From positions 1 to 64,000 of the forward strand of contig CAVSLC010000010.1 of NCBI GenBank assembly GCA_963728565.1: 64,000 nucleotides of DNA, read 5' to 3'. Under the pieces are notes generated by a model, which saw only the letters and a list, made by a program, of their open reading frames with translations, was not told the origin of the DNA and did not search any database. A program made the translations under genes and the position numbers. Each line of letters starts with the position of its first letter. Position 1 is the stretch's first letter. Positions 45,277-55,362 of this stretch are shown here, one piece after another. This stretch comes from an uncultured delta proteobacterium (GTDB lineage Bacteria > Desulfobacterota > Binatia > UBA9968).

Positions 45277-45310
45277 CGACCGAGGACCGATCCTGCGCTG
45301 GTGCTCGCAT

Positions 45311-45326
45311 TGGAATGGCTTTTGCG
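45311..45326 (+). promoter_or_regulatory. sigma54 -24/-12 promoter (variant), divergent from 45261
   Basis: TGGAATGGCTTTTGCG. Confidence 0.5.
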
Positions 45327-45495
45327 GCGTGTTTATTGAGCCGCTCTCACGACGTGATGTACTACGTAGCCTGTGCTCCTAGGACGGCAGGCCTATGAAG
45401 ACGGCTAGAGGTATGTAATGGTGTGCGCTGGTGATTCCAGTCGAGAGTTTGATAGAAGACATTTAAATGTTTTGAAGTGAAAGGCGGAGGCTAAC

Positions 45496-45864
45496 ATGGA
45501 ACACAACGGCTCAGACAGAGTATCGGACAAAGTAAGAGATCTTGCATCTCAGGTCGGCGAGCGTGCTGGGTCTGCGAAGGAGCAGGCCTCCGAGGCTGCT
45601 CGTCGGACGGCGGCGAAGGTCGGTGATCAGATGAAGACCGCGGCGGAACGAGTAAGGCAAACAGGGCCCCGAGTGGAGGCAGTCGTGCACAGCACGGCAG
45701 AGACTATCGCCGAGAAGCTGGATAGGGGTGGAGCTTATTTTAGAGAGAGGCAGTACGAACAACTTATCGATAAGGCGACAAGGTACATACGTCAAAATCC
45801 GGTAACATCGCTGATCGTCGGCGTAGTCAGTGGTTTATTGCTCGCCCGCAAAGTACGACGATAG
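45496..45864 (+). CDS. YqjD/ElaB (DUF883)-like tail-anchored protein
   Basis: Helical repeats and C-terminal YIRQNPVTSLIVGVVSGLLL. Confidence 0.8.
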   Translation: MEHNGSDRVSDKVRDLASQVGERAGSAKEQASEAARRTAAKVGDQMKTAAERVRQTGPRVEAVVHSTAETIAEKLDRGGAYFRERQYEQLIDKATRYIRQNPVTSLIVGVVSGLLLARKVRR

Positions 45865-45951
45865 TTGCTACTGTCGCTAGTTCCAGTTTTTGGTTGATGA
45901 TGTTCCGAACAGTGAGAAAGAACGACGAGATCAAAGCGCAAAGGATGTCAG

Positions 45952-46398
45952 ATGGAACCATCGAAGAACGAGATTAGACGAGAAATCGAAGCCACCCGCG
46001 CCGCGATGGCGGAGAAAATCGAGACCCTTGAAGCACGTGTCGGCGATGCCATACAGGAAGCTAAACGCACGGTCGACCCCAAGTACCAGACGCAAAAGCG
46101 ACCGTGGCTGATGGTCGGCCTGGCAGTAGCAACCGGCTATTTGTTTGAAGGCATCATTTTCGGCAAAGCTCCGCCACGGGGACGAGGGCGCAAGTTTGCG
46201 ATCGATCCCGAACGGCGCGCCTACCTGGAAGGCAAACAGAAAGCCGCCGGTGGCGGAATCCTTCGAAGCATAGCGACAGCGGCCGGGGTCGCCCTGGCGC
46301 GAGACTATGCCAACAAAATAATTTCTGGACGCGGTCTGCCTTCGCGCTCTAATCCGAATGACGATCGATCCAAGGTAAGATCGCCGTACGAACTATAA
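45952..46398 (+). CDS. DUF3618-like protein
   Basis: EIRREIEATRAAMAEKIETLEARV..RPWLMVGLAVATG. Confidence 0.78.
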   Translation: MEPSKNEIRREIEATRAAMAEKIETLEARVGDAIQEAKRTVDPKYQTQKRPWLMVGLAVATGYLFEGIIFGKAPPRGRGRKFAIDPERRAYLEGKQKAAGGGILRSIATAAGVALARDYANKIISGRGLPSRSNPNDDRSKVRSPYEL

Positions 46399-46545
46399 TC
46401 CTGGTTTAGGTACCTCATCCACGGTGTCTCGAATTTGGCACATCAAGTGACGTTAGTCAGGCGAACCGTGCCAACAATAGTACAGCACTCATTCGAGGAT
46501 GCTCGGTTAGCCAATGTATTTGGTATATTGAAAAAGCGTGTTGTC

Positions 46546-46561
46546 TGGAATATCTTTTGCC
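46546..46561 (+). promoter_or_regulatory. sigma54 -24/-12 promoter (variant) with two upstream YGT-N12-ACA sites
   Basis: TGGAATATCTTTTGCC; TGTCTCGAATTTGGCACA (46425) and CGTGCCAACAATAGTACA (46467). Confidence 0.65.
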
Positions 46562-46624
46562 TTTGTTAGCTCATGAGTGACAGTTGCGCAGCTTTAATCT
46601 TGTCGGTGCACAGGAGGTGCGGTC

Positions 46625-46909
46625 ATGAAGTCGCAACGCGTTCGGTGGGAAGAACAGAGTTTTTGGCAACTAGTGTTCGGCCAAAGTAAAGTTAATGGAG
46701 CCCGTTATGATGGCGAGAATTTGACGACATCCCCTTGGCGCTGGCCTACGAACACTTATTTGCAACGGCGTCGGCAATTGTTGAAAAACAGCCAAGCGTT
46801 CAATCAGGCCGACCGAGATGAGAGCGGCGTTTTTTATGACACCCTCTACGATAACGGCAACCAGGCTCTTGCCGATTTTCGCGAATCGAGTTCGTTGCGA
46901 AATAATTGA
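46625..46909 (+). CDS. Hypothetical protein
   Basis: AGGAGGT RBS and an upstream sigma54 motif. Confidence 0.55.
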   Translation: MKSQRVRWEEQSFWQLVFGQSKVNGARYDGENLTTSPWRWPTNTYLQRRRQLLKNSQAFNQADRDESGVFYDTLYDNGNQALADFRESSSLRNN

Positions 46910-47127
46910 GACTTTATCGATTTTCTTTTCTGCCTCTGCTGCAATCTTGCGCTGTTTAGGGATCCTTAGACGGATCAAAACACTCGGCCAGAGTTTCTTT
47001 TTGCTTGTCAATGCGAGCAGCACTCAGAGCACGGCGGCGCTGAGATAGCGGCCTTTTTTTATTGAAACCTGCTTAGGGAATCGTCCTGCGACGCGTCAGT
47101 TGGATGCGGCGCAGGGATGGAACGTCG

Positions 47128-48687
47128 ATGTCGGTCAGACAAATACTACAGCCGGAGAAGAACTGCTGGACCATCAGCGAAGTCACCGAATCGGGCCTAC
47201 TCATTGACGGCAGGGATTATTACCGCGCGTTTTATCAGGCGGCCCGAATTGCCGAGGATTATATTCTCATCTCTGGTTGGCAGTTCGACAGCGACGTGGC
47301 GCTGCTTCGCGGCAGGGATGTCGACGCGGCTGAAGAATCCGTTCAGTTCCTCACGTTCTTGAATAATCTCTGCGAGCAAAACCGGCGTCTGCACATTTAC
47401 ATCCTCGCTTGGGACTTTACAGTGCTCTACAGCCTGGATCGCGAGTGGTTTCAGGATTGGTATTTCAATTGGACTACGAACGAGAGGTTCACGTTTTCCT
47501 TTGACTGCTGCGACTGTTTCGGCGCCGCGCACCATCAGAAATTTGTCGTGATTGACGGCAAGCTAGCCTTTGTCGGTGGCCTGGATATTTGTTCAGGCCG
47601 GTGGGACGATCGCGACCATCCGGTCGACAGTCCGGCTCGTGTGAATTCCGACCAAAACGGCTATGGCCCGTTTCACGACATCCAATCTTACCATGTCGGC
47701 CCGGCGGCTCAGAAGCTGGCCGAGCTGTTTGTCGCCCGCTGGAACTGCGTCACCACGGGGGCTCTTCAGTTGCCGAAATCATCGTCGAATTACCAACTCC
47801 CGTTCCGACCGACCGTGGCGATTCCGGCAGAGTCCATTGCGATAAGCCGAACCCAAGCCGGAACTGCGGCGGAGCAAAAGCCAATTCAGGAAATCCGCAG
47901 TTTATTTCTCGATGCGATCGATGCCGCAGAGGAGTTGATCTATGTCGAGAATCAGTATTTCAGCTCCAACGCGCTGTACAAAGCTCTGGTCGAACGTATG
48001 ATGAATTCGCGGCGCTCTCATTTGGAAATCGTTCTAGTCATCGCCAAAGATGCCGAAGCTTTTGTTGAGCAGCTTTCGATCGGCGTCGTACAGGAAAAAC
48101 TGCTGCGAGAACTGCAGAGCGTCGCAGCCGAGACAGGGCACTCCTTCGGCATTTATTATCCAGCTTCGGTTCGAGGCGACGGTAAGGAAAGCGCCACGTA
48201 TATTCACTCGAAGCTTTTCCTGGTCGATGATCGTTTCCTGAGTGTCGGCTCGGCCAATATGAACAATCGCAGCCTGGGACTCGACACCGAATTGAACGTC
48301 GCATGGGAAGCGCCTGCGGTGGAGAGTGAAGTTGGCCGCGCGATTCGAGCTGTTCGCGTTGACCTTCTGGCCGAACACGTAGGAGCGCGTGAAGCTCAGG
48401 TACTCGAAAATCTAAGCCGAAGCCGCGGTCTGGTAAAATATCTGAACAGCTTGGCAGACAGCGGATCTTACCGGCTCCGGCACCACCCGCTGGATATTGT
48501 CTCTGAAGATTATCTCTGGGTGACCTCTGTGCTCCCGGAGGGGTTGCCGTTCGATCCCGAAGGTCCCTTTTATCAGGAAGACCGCTATGAAGGAATTTCA
48601 GCCACTGAGGATTCGTTTTTTAGTCGTGGCGTGAGCAATTTGAAAAACTGGTTGCTGAGTCTAGGACAGACGTTATCTCCACGTTGA
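47128..48687 (+). CDS. Phospholipase D family protein
   Basis: Two HKD motifs, HHQKFVVIDG and HSKLFLVDD; YVENQYF; GSANMNNRS. Confidence 0.92.
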   Translation: MSVRQILQPEKNCWTISEVTESGLLIDGRDYYRAFYQAARIAEDYILISGWQFDSDVALLRGRDVDAAEESVQFLTFLNNLCEQNRRLHIYILAWDFTVLYSLDREWFQDWYFNWTTNERFTFSFDCCDCFGAAHHQKFVVIDGKLAFVGGLDICSGRWDDRDHPVDSPARVNSDQNGYGPFHDIQSYHVGPAAQKLAELFVARWNCVTTGALQLPKSSSNYQLPFRPTVAIPAESIAISRTQAGTAAEQKPIQEIRSLFLDAIDAAEELIYVENQYFSSNALYKALVERMMNSRRSHLEIVLVIAKDAEAFVEQLSIGVVQEKLLRELQSVAAETGHSFGIYYPASVRGDGKESATYIHSKLFLVDDRFLSVGSANMNNRSLGLDTELNVAWEAPAVESEVGRAIRAVRVDLLAEHVGAREAQVLENLSRSRGLVKYLNSLADSGSYRLRHHPLDIVSEDYLWVTSVLPEGLPFDPEGPFYQEDRYEGISATEDSFFSRGVSNLKNWLLSLGQTLSPR

Positions 48688-48760
48688 CTGGTTGGTCTAG
48701 TCAGGTTCTAAACCTGAACCGTCCAGCAAAGTCAGGGTAAGCTGCCCAGCAGAAAAGATT

Positions 48761-50320
48761 TCAAGAATTCGCCGCCATAGCGGCGCCGACCCCGCACGAT
48801 GACGATGCTGGTTTGATTGCGCCGGAAGCGGTGTCTGTGAATCCGTTTTCCGCGGCTTCCTGGCCCGCGCGGCAGTTATCACAGCGAGTGCAATCGCCGT
48901 CGACCTCCTCGCCAAAATAGTCGAGCAGATAACGCATTCGGCAGGTGGTGATCTGGCCAAAAAGCATCATTGCGTCTAGGCGCTGCCGGTCGCCGTTGTG
49001 GCGCTGCTCGTACTCTTCGAGAAATGAGGCGAACTCCTGATCGGTGTTGAAGTCGCGGATTTTGCTCAAATGAGGTTTGCGCTGTATTATTCCCGTGCTT
49101 TCCAAGAGCGCGAGAATAACCTTGACTCGTTTACCCGTCAGGCCGGTGACCTCGGCCAGCCATTGCTCGGCAGTTCGGTCCCCCAAATCTTCTGGTTGCG
49201 GCATTTGGTCCAATGTCCGATACAGCGCCAAGGACTCGTCTCGACGCGGATATTTGCCGCCGAGAAAGTAGGACTGAACGCGGCGATCCTCAAGCCGATA
49301 AAAAAGGAACGCCCGGGCCGGCTTGCCGTCGCGCCCCGCGCGTCCGGTCTCCTGCACATAAGTTTCGATGGAGTCCGGAACCGCATAGTGAATGACAAAC
49401 CGAATATCCTGCTTATCAATGCCCAAACCGAACGCCTTGGTTGCGACCATCACATCGATCTCGTTGGCCATGAACGCCTGTTGGTTGGTTTCGCGCATGG
49501 GCGTCTTCATCCGGCCATGATACTGGCCAGCGCGAAATCCTTCCTCGATCAACCATTGGCATAGAGCATCGACCTGTTTCACGGTGGGCACATAAATAAT
49601 CCCGGCGCCGCCGGACTGTTCCTGTAGAATTTCTTTGAGCCGATCTCTTTTGACGTCCTCGTTGACGGTACGAACGACCTCGAAAGCGAGATTCTTTCGT
49701 TCGATACCGATGCTGATCACCTCTGCGTCGGCTAACTCAAGCTGCTTTGATATATCGGCGGCGACTTCGTCGGTGGCCGTCGCTGTCAAAGCCAGCACCG
49801 GCGGACGCCCGAGCTCTCGGATCGCATTACGCAGTGACAAATAAGCCGGGCGAAAGTCATGGCCCCATTGCGAAACGCAATGGGCTTCATCGACGACCAC
49901 CAGTGACACACCACTCTTTTTTAGAATCTTGAGATATCCTGCATTCTCCAAACGTTCCGGAGTGACGTAGATCAGCTCTGCTTGTCGGCTTTGAATGGTA
50001 TCGATGTTTTCCTGTTCTTCGTCTGAGCTTAACGTAGAGTTCAACTCAACGGCAGGGATGCTTCGCTCCAAGAGTTTCTCCTGCTGATCCTGCATCAATG
50101 CGATCAGCGGAGATACAACCAAAACGGCACGCGGAAGAAATAGCGCTGGCAACTGATAGCAAAGCGATTTGCCGCCGCCGGTAGGTAATACGCCTAACGC
50201 GTCCCTTCCCTCCAGGACCGCCTGAATAAGCTTGCGCTGGCCGGCGCGATAACGTTTGATGCCAAAACGCCTTTTAGCCTTTTGCTCATTGATATCGTTC
50301 CACTCCCATGCTGCGTTCAT
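48761..50320 (-). CDS. recQ: RecQ-family helicase (short form, no HRDC domain)
   Basis: LPTGGGKSLCYQ, DEAHCVSQWGHDFRP, TATA, QETGRAGRDG, Zn CR..YFG..C..CDNC. Confidence 0.92.
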   Translation of the reverse strand: MNAAWEWNDINEQKAKRRFGIKRYRAGQRKLIQAVLEGRDALGVLPTGGGKSLCYQLPALFLPRAVLVVSPLIALMQDQQEKLLERSIPAVELNSTLSSDEEQENIDTIQSRQAELIYVTPERLENAGYLKILKKSGVSLVVVDEAHCVSQWGHDFRPAYLSLRNAIRELGRPPVLALTATATDEVAADISKQLELADAEVISIGIERKNLAFEVVRTVNEDVKRDRLKEILQEQSGGAGIIYVPTVKQVDALCQWLIEEGFRAGQYHGRMKTPMRETNQQAFMANEIDVMVATKAFGLGIDKQDIRFVIHYAVPDSIETYVQETGRAGRDGKPARAFLFYRLEDRRVQSYFLGGKYPRRDESLALYRTLDQMPQPEDLGDRTAEQWLAEVTGLTGKRVKVILALLESTGIIQRKPHLSKIRDFNTDQEFASFLEEYEQRHNGDRQRLDAMMLFGQITTCRMRYLLDYFGEEVDGDCTRCDNCRAGQEAAENGFTDTASGAIKPASSSCGVGAAMAANS

Positions 50321-50391
50321 ACGTGCTTCTCCTGCTTTGAATCCACTCTGATTGATGCTTTTGGCGTTGCGATGGGCGGCCGGAGGTACTT

Positions 50392-51153
50392 TTAGTCGCT
50401 CCAATACCGCGAGCGGCCGTAATGTTGGTAGAGACGCGACTCGTAGTCACGATCGAGAACCGTTGTCTCATCGTACTGCGGACTGGTTTTTATCTGTTCC
50501 TGGCTCAGATCGACGTAGACTCTGGAATCGGTCTCAACCATGTCGTTGACCCATTCCGGCGAGATCAGAACTGTCTTGCCTGGCCACCAATTTGTTGTAT
50601 CAATCAGCAGATAACGGATTACCCAGGTTTGATCATCGATGATGAAATCCTCCAAATGGCCGAGGTCGCCATCGGTGGTTTCAATATAAGATCCGATTAT
50701 GTCCTTGGTGCTACGCAAATGAATGTCTTCGGAAGCAGATTGCTGGCCCATCGCCGCGGCCTCCGGACCGCTTGGGACCGGTGTAGCTGCGTTAGGACCA
50801 AGCGCCGCTGGACTTGTCAGCCCCGCGCCCAACCAATAGTAGGGAAAGTTGTAGTAGTCATAAAAACTGCTCTCCTGTTGGCGCGACACCGGTTTATCGG
50901 TGTCGATGCTCGGGCTATTTTCGATTTGTTGTCGGGTAAGGTTGACGTTGAAAACGTTGCTGCCCCAATCCACCGGCCCGAAGAAGATCGGCGAGATCAG
51001 CACTTTCCTGCCGTTCAGCCAACCTCCGGTGTCGGCAACCAGATATCTGATCGTCCACTTGTCATCATCGAAGTAAAATTCTACCACCCCACCGATCTCG
51101 CCATCCTTAGCGCCGATCGAAAAATTTTTCAGGCTCTCTACCCGTCTCAACAT
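50392..51153 (-). CDS. Tandem PRC-barrel protein
   Basis: DGEIG.V..FYFDD..W.IRYLVADTG.W..GRKVLISP occurs twice. Confidence 0.9.
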   Translation of the reverse strand: MLRRVESLKNFSIGAKDGEIGGVVEFYFDDDKWTIRYLVADTGGWLNGRKVLISPIFFGPVDWGSNVFNVNLTRQQIENSPSIDTDKPVSRQQESSFYDYYNFPYYWLGAGLTSPAALGPNAATPVPSGPEAAAMGQQSASEDIHLRSTKDIIGSYIETTDGDLGHLEDFIIDDQTWVIRYLLIDTTNWWPGKTVLISPEWVNDMVETDSRVYVDLSQEQIKTSPQYDETTVLDRDYESRLYQHYGRSRYWSD

Positions 51154-51193
51154 GCTTCACTTTGTGTAACGTTGCTCGGCGTAACCAGGCTTG

Positions 51194-51209
51194 TGCAACG
51201 AAGATGCCA
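51194..51209 (-). promoter_or_regulatory. sigma54 -24/-12 promoter
   Basis: TGGCATCTTCGTTGCA on the minus strand; TGT-N12-ACG at 51296-51313. Confidence 0.85.
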
Positions 51210-51508
51210 GGATAGCCATAGCCTTCTTACGGGCTGGAGTGTGCATCCGCTGTTGGCAATATGGCTCTCGGGTGGGGCACGCATGGCATTGCCCGTGTGT
51301 CGAAAATGCGACGGACTGAAGAGGCTGTATCTCGCATTCCAACCGCTGTTCTGACCTTTTTTCGGATGCGTCTATTTTAATCACAGCAGAAATACGGAAA
51401 GGCTGTAATCGAACATCAAACGGCACCTTTTGGCGCACGAACCCTGATGTCCGAAACTGCAGCTCATGAATGGAGCGGGTGGAATCATTTTTGCGGTGAC
51501 TAGGTCCT

Positions 51509-51886
51509 ATGGTCGGCAAAATCCTCATCGTCGAAGATGATGCCATCACCCGACGAAACCTCTCGCTGCTGCTCAGCGATGAGGGCTATGACGTAGATCA
51601 GGCAAGCGACGGAGTTCACGCGCTTGAAAAACTAGCCGGGCGAGCGTTTGACTTGGTGTTGTCGGATATCGTCATGCCCCGGATGGACGGCTTGAAGCTG
51701 CTGCAGCAGCTTCAGCTCAGGGCGCCACAGATTCCGGTTATGATCATGACGAGCTATGTATCCGATTCGCTTTCGGCCGTCCCGGCGGGAGCGACCGAGT
51801 TCATTCGAAAGCCGTTCGTGTTGGACGATCTTCTGTTCAAGGTACAGCGGGCGTTGGACAAAGCACCCCAAGCCCCGAGTTTGTGA
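51509..51886 (+). CDS. Single-domain response regulator
   Basis: ILIVEDD, LSDIVMPRMDG, MTS, RKPF. Confidence 0.9.
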   Translation: MVGKILIVEDDAITRRNLSLLLSDEGYDVDQASDGVHALEKLAGRAFDLVLSDIVMPRMDGLKLLQQLQLRAPQIPVMIMTSYVSDSLSAVPAGATEFIRKPFVLDDLLFKVQRALDKAPQAPSL

Positions 51887-52084
51887 ATCAATCTGTACGG
51901 AGCTCCCCCCAACACAGTTTTCATCTCGCCGCTGCCGTTACCCGGATGGAGCGTCAGTAACGTCTACTTCACGCCGCACACTTACAACATGGAAGCTGGC
52001 AACCGCGGGGAGACGCGAGTGAACCGCGCATCGACTCATTCAGGAACGTCAACAACGTGAGGAAAAAAACAAACAGGAGATTCC

Positions 52085-52255
52085 ATGTCAAAAGCAAAGA
52101 AAAGAGGCAAACAGGCAGGCCCCCAGAAGAAAACGTCAAAACGTAAAAGACAGCGCGAGATTAGTCCTCAAACGGAGCAACCATTTGAGCAGGATTCCAA
52201 GCGCCGCATCGGGCAGTATGGCGGAGCGGGCGAGCCGCCGATCATGAAAAAGTAG
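52085..52255 (+). CDS. Small basic hydrophilic protein (56 aa, absent from ORF track)
   Basis: AGGAG RBS; MSKAKKRGKQ...FEQDSKRRIGQYGGAGEPPIMKK. Confidence 0.7.
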   Translation: MSKAKKRGKQAGPQKKTSKRKRQREISPQTEQPFEQDSKRRIGQYGGAGEPPIMKK

Positions 52256-52768
52256 CCTATTTGTTCTGTCTCGATTCCGAGGGTGGTTGGAAAGGGTCAT
52301 GCATGCTTGTGGCTTGAACCAGTGGAGCATGTTTCCTCCGCGCAGGATTTTCTAAATACAATGGCATCTCGGTCAGTCGGGCGCTGACGGGATGGTTTGC
52401 GATATTGATAGCTCCTCACCACCGATGCTCGCTGGAAATTGATCCATGTTATTTGTCAGCTGCATGTTTTTCAATCCTCCTTTGCTTCTACTGAAAACAG
52501 CGTCTCAGGCTTTCTCGAACAAGAATGATACTGAGTTTTCTTTAGCCATCACTGCCTCCTTTCCGCAATTGACGAGCTTGTGGCACCATTCAGAAGGTAA
52601 ATAATGTGACCCTCAAAAACCCGACGAGAAGGTGGCTGCCGTTACTGTGCCCTGATAGACGGGGTCGCCGCTAGAAGAGTTGGGTTCCGAGACAGCGCTC
52701 TTCGGTCGCTGCACGGTCAACGCGCAAAACATCATAACTCGACGGTTTAACACTTGCTTGGTTTCTGG

Positions 52769-53470
52769 TCACATAGGTTGTGTAGAGTCCCGCGACATAT
52801 TAGCGATTCCGTCAAGCAACTCGCGGACCTCCTGATCGCTTGTCTGCTCAAAATCCGAATACCACGCCCCGACAGCCATGAAGGGCTCAGGGGTTGCGCC
52901 GCAAATCACCTCATCGACTTCGCCGCGCAAATCGTCGCAAGTTTCGGCAGCAGCAACAGGAACCGCAACGATGATCTTAGACGGCTGCATCTTTCGCAGC
53001 GCGGTAGCAGCGGCGCGCATCGTCGATCCGGTTGCCAGGCCGTCATCAATGAGAATCACCGTGCGGCCTTGTACACTGGGTGGCGCCCGATCTCCACGGT
53101 ACAGCCGTTCGCGGCGTTTCAACTCTTCCTCCTCGCGATGGGCTACATCGTCAATTGCCGAACTCGAAACAGGAATTCGGCTAGTGACTTCCTCATTGAG
53201 GACACGAACTCCACCTGTGGCGATCGCGCCCATGGCTAATTCTTCTTGCCCTGGGACGCCAAGCTTACGCACCGAGAAAACATCCAAGGGAGCACGAAGC
53301 GCGCGGGCAACCTCAAAAGCAACCGGCACCCCGCCACGCGGCAGCGCCAGTACCAGAACATCCGAACGATTAGCATAGGGGGCTAGTTGAGTCGCGAGCT
53401 GCTTGCCTGCCTGACGCCGATTGGCAAAAGGAATAATGATCGGTTCGCCCGATCGAGACTTCCTAAGCAC
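52769..53470 (-). CDS. Phosphoribosyltransferase-family protein (Rv0571c-like)
   Basis: [54 protein letters not shown]; GGAGG before the GTG at 53470. Confidence 0.9.
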   Translation of the reverse strand: MLRKSRSGEPIIIPFANRRQAGKQLATQLAPYANRSDVLVLALPRGGVPVAFEVARALRAPLDVFSVRKLGVPGQEELAMGAIATGGVRVLNEEVTSRIPVSSSAIDDVAHREEEELKRRERLYRGDRAPPSVQGRTVILIDDGLATGSTMRAAATALRKMQPSKIIVAVPVAAAETCDDLRGEVDEVICGATPEPFMAVGAWYSDFEQTSDQEVRELLDGIANMSRDSTQPM

Positions 53471-53546
53471 GCGGACACCCTCCGTTAACGGCCTGTCCCG
53501 AAAAGGATCCGGACGTTCGTTGTTTGCGGCGGTCAAATCACAGTGC

Positions 53547-53562
53547 CGCAAAGCCGATGCCA
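53547..53562 (-). promoter_or_regulatory. sigma54 -24/-12 promoter
   Basis: TGGCATCGGCTTTGCG on the minus strand. Confidence 0.8.
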
Positions 53563-53736
53563 GAGAAAAATGGCGTGGTCTTCCTTGCCAGCTTGAGAAA
53601 ACTGGGACACCCGACCGAGCGGCAGCCGGACGGTTGCAAATGCCCCACTCTGAGAGCAGCTCGGAGGATGCCGAGACGTTTGCCGGAAATGATCAGCGCG
53701 CGCGCTTGCCGATCGATGAGTTTAGATGGGGGTTGC

Positions 53737-55362
53737 TCAAGCATTTGGATGTTCTACTTCGACGATGACTCCCTCATCAGGGCGCAGTAGAAACTTTTCG
53801 GCAACGGCTTCACCAGCGCGATCAACAGCGGTGGTTAAACTGATACTGCCGCGAAGGGCGACGTGCTCAAATGTTCTAGGCTCGTCGCTGAAATTTAGCG
53901 CGATCAAAAAACTTTCCGACCCGGAGTGGCGGCTGTAACTCAGGACATGATCTTCGCACAAGACTTCGCCATAGCAACCGCTGTGCAGTGCCGTTTTTGC
54001 GGCCCGCAGCGCGATCAAGCGGCGATATAAAGTGAGCACTGAGTCGGGTTCATGGCTCTCACACGCAACATTGAAGCGATTGAAATCACTGGCCACCGGC
54101 AACCACGGAATGGCGGTGCTGAAGCCGGCGTGATTGGTCGAATCCCATTGCATCGGTGAGCGCTCGGGATCTCGCCCCAGGCCGAGGGAGGGAACGTTTA
54201 ACTCCCAGGGATCCTTGACCAGCTCAGCCGGTATCGGAACATCCAGCATCGCAATTTCATCACCGTAATAAAGCGTAGGTGTGCCACGCAAGGTGAGCAG
54301 AAGCATTGCCGCTACGCGCGCCTGTGCCCTGCCGATCCGACTGGCGACCCGGTGACGGTCATGATTTCCCAGCACCCAATTGGGCCACTGATCAGGTCCG
54401 AGCAGTGACTCGTAAGTTGTGATTATGCGATGCACCTCGGGAGCGGTCCAGGGACTGGTGATCAGGGCAAAGTTAAAAGGCAGATGGACTCCGGACTTGT
54501 AATAGGCAACGGTGCGCTCCATGGATAGGTAGGCCTCACCGATGATCACGCAATCCTCGTATTCATCGATGACTTGCCGTATCTGGCGGATGACGTTCGC
54601 GCTGTCCGGATGATCCCGCGAGTGCACCGGCAGATAGCGAAAATACGGACCAGTGGCGGGGTCCCAATCGGGATTCAAGGGGTTGTCTCGAAACTGAGTA
54701 TCTTTCATCAAGTGAGCGATCGAATCTACTCGGAAACCGCTGACGCCTCGATCAAGCCAGAATCTCAGCACGTCGATCATCGCCTGTCGTACGGCAGGAT
54801 TGCGCCAGTTTAGATCGGGCTGCTCTTTAAGGTAGGAGTGCAGGTAGTATTGTCCGGCGTTTTCATCCCACTCCCAAGCGCTGCCGCCGAATGCGCTCAA
54901 CCAATTGTTGGGCGGCCCACCTCCGGGCGCTGGATCGCGCCAAATGTACCAGTCTCGGTAGGGATTGTTCCGGGACGATCTCGACTGAAGAAACCAGAAG
55001 TGTTGGTCCGAGCTGTGATTCGGCACGTAATCCAAAAGGATTTTTAGATTTAAACGCCGCGCCTCGCTGATCAGCGCGTCGAAATCACTGAGGGTGCCAA
55101 ACAGCGGATGAATATCGGTGAAATTTGATATGTCATAGCCGAAATCAATCATCGGCGAAGGATAGATCGGCGATAGCCAGACCGCATTGATCCCGAGCCA
55201 GCGGCAGTAATCAAGCCGACTGATAATTCCCCGCAGGTCACCGCTGCCGTCACCATTGCTGTCTTTGAATGACAGCGGATAAATTTGATAGATCGAACCC
55301 TTTTGCCACCAGGTGGCTTGGGTGGGGTGTGCTGTTGAAACAATCGGTGCGGACGGAATCAT
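53737..55362 (-). CDS. GH13 alpha-glucosidase / oligo-1,6-glucosidase family
   Basis: WWQ..IYQIYP.SF.DSNGDG.GDL, DYVPNHSS, QPDLNW, GFRVD, GEA, GNHD, RDPERSPMQW. Confidence 0.93.
   Translation of the reverse strand: MIPSAPIVSTAHPTQATWWQKGSIYQIYPLSFKDSNGDGSGDLRGIISRLDYCRWLGINAVWLSPIYPSPMIDFGYDISNFTDIHPLFGTLSDFDALISEARRLNLKILLDYVPNHSSDQHFWFLQSRSSRNNPYRDWYIWRDPAPGGGPPNNWLSAFGGSAWEWDENAGQYYLHSYLKEQPDLNWRNPAVRQAMIDVLRFWLDRGVSGFRVDSIAHLMKDTQFRDNPLNPDWDPATGPYFRYLPVHSRDHPDSANVIRQIRQVIDEYEDCVIIGEAYLSMERTVAYYKSGVHLPFNFALITSPWTAPEVHRIITTYESLLGPDQWPNWVLGNHDRHRVASRIGRAQARVAAMLLLTLRGTPTLYYGDEIAMLDVPIPAELVKDPWELNVPSLGLGRDPERSPMQWDSTNHAGFSTAIPWLPVASDFNRFNVACESHEPDSVLTLYRRLIALRAAKTALHSGCYGEVLCEDHVLSYSRHSGSESFLIALNFSDEPRTFEHVALRGSISLTTAVDRAGEAVAEKFLLRPDEGVIVEVEHPNA

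Noticed and set aside
50422-51354. 310-aa plus-strand ORF and many other long antisense ORFs
   Set aside because: Shadows of well-supported genes on the opposite strand; no motifs
52600-52745. GC-rich potentially structured intergenic RNA (riboswitch?)
   Set aside because: I could not match it to c-di-GMP, c-di-AMP, SAM, Moco or 6S consensus; needs Infernal
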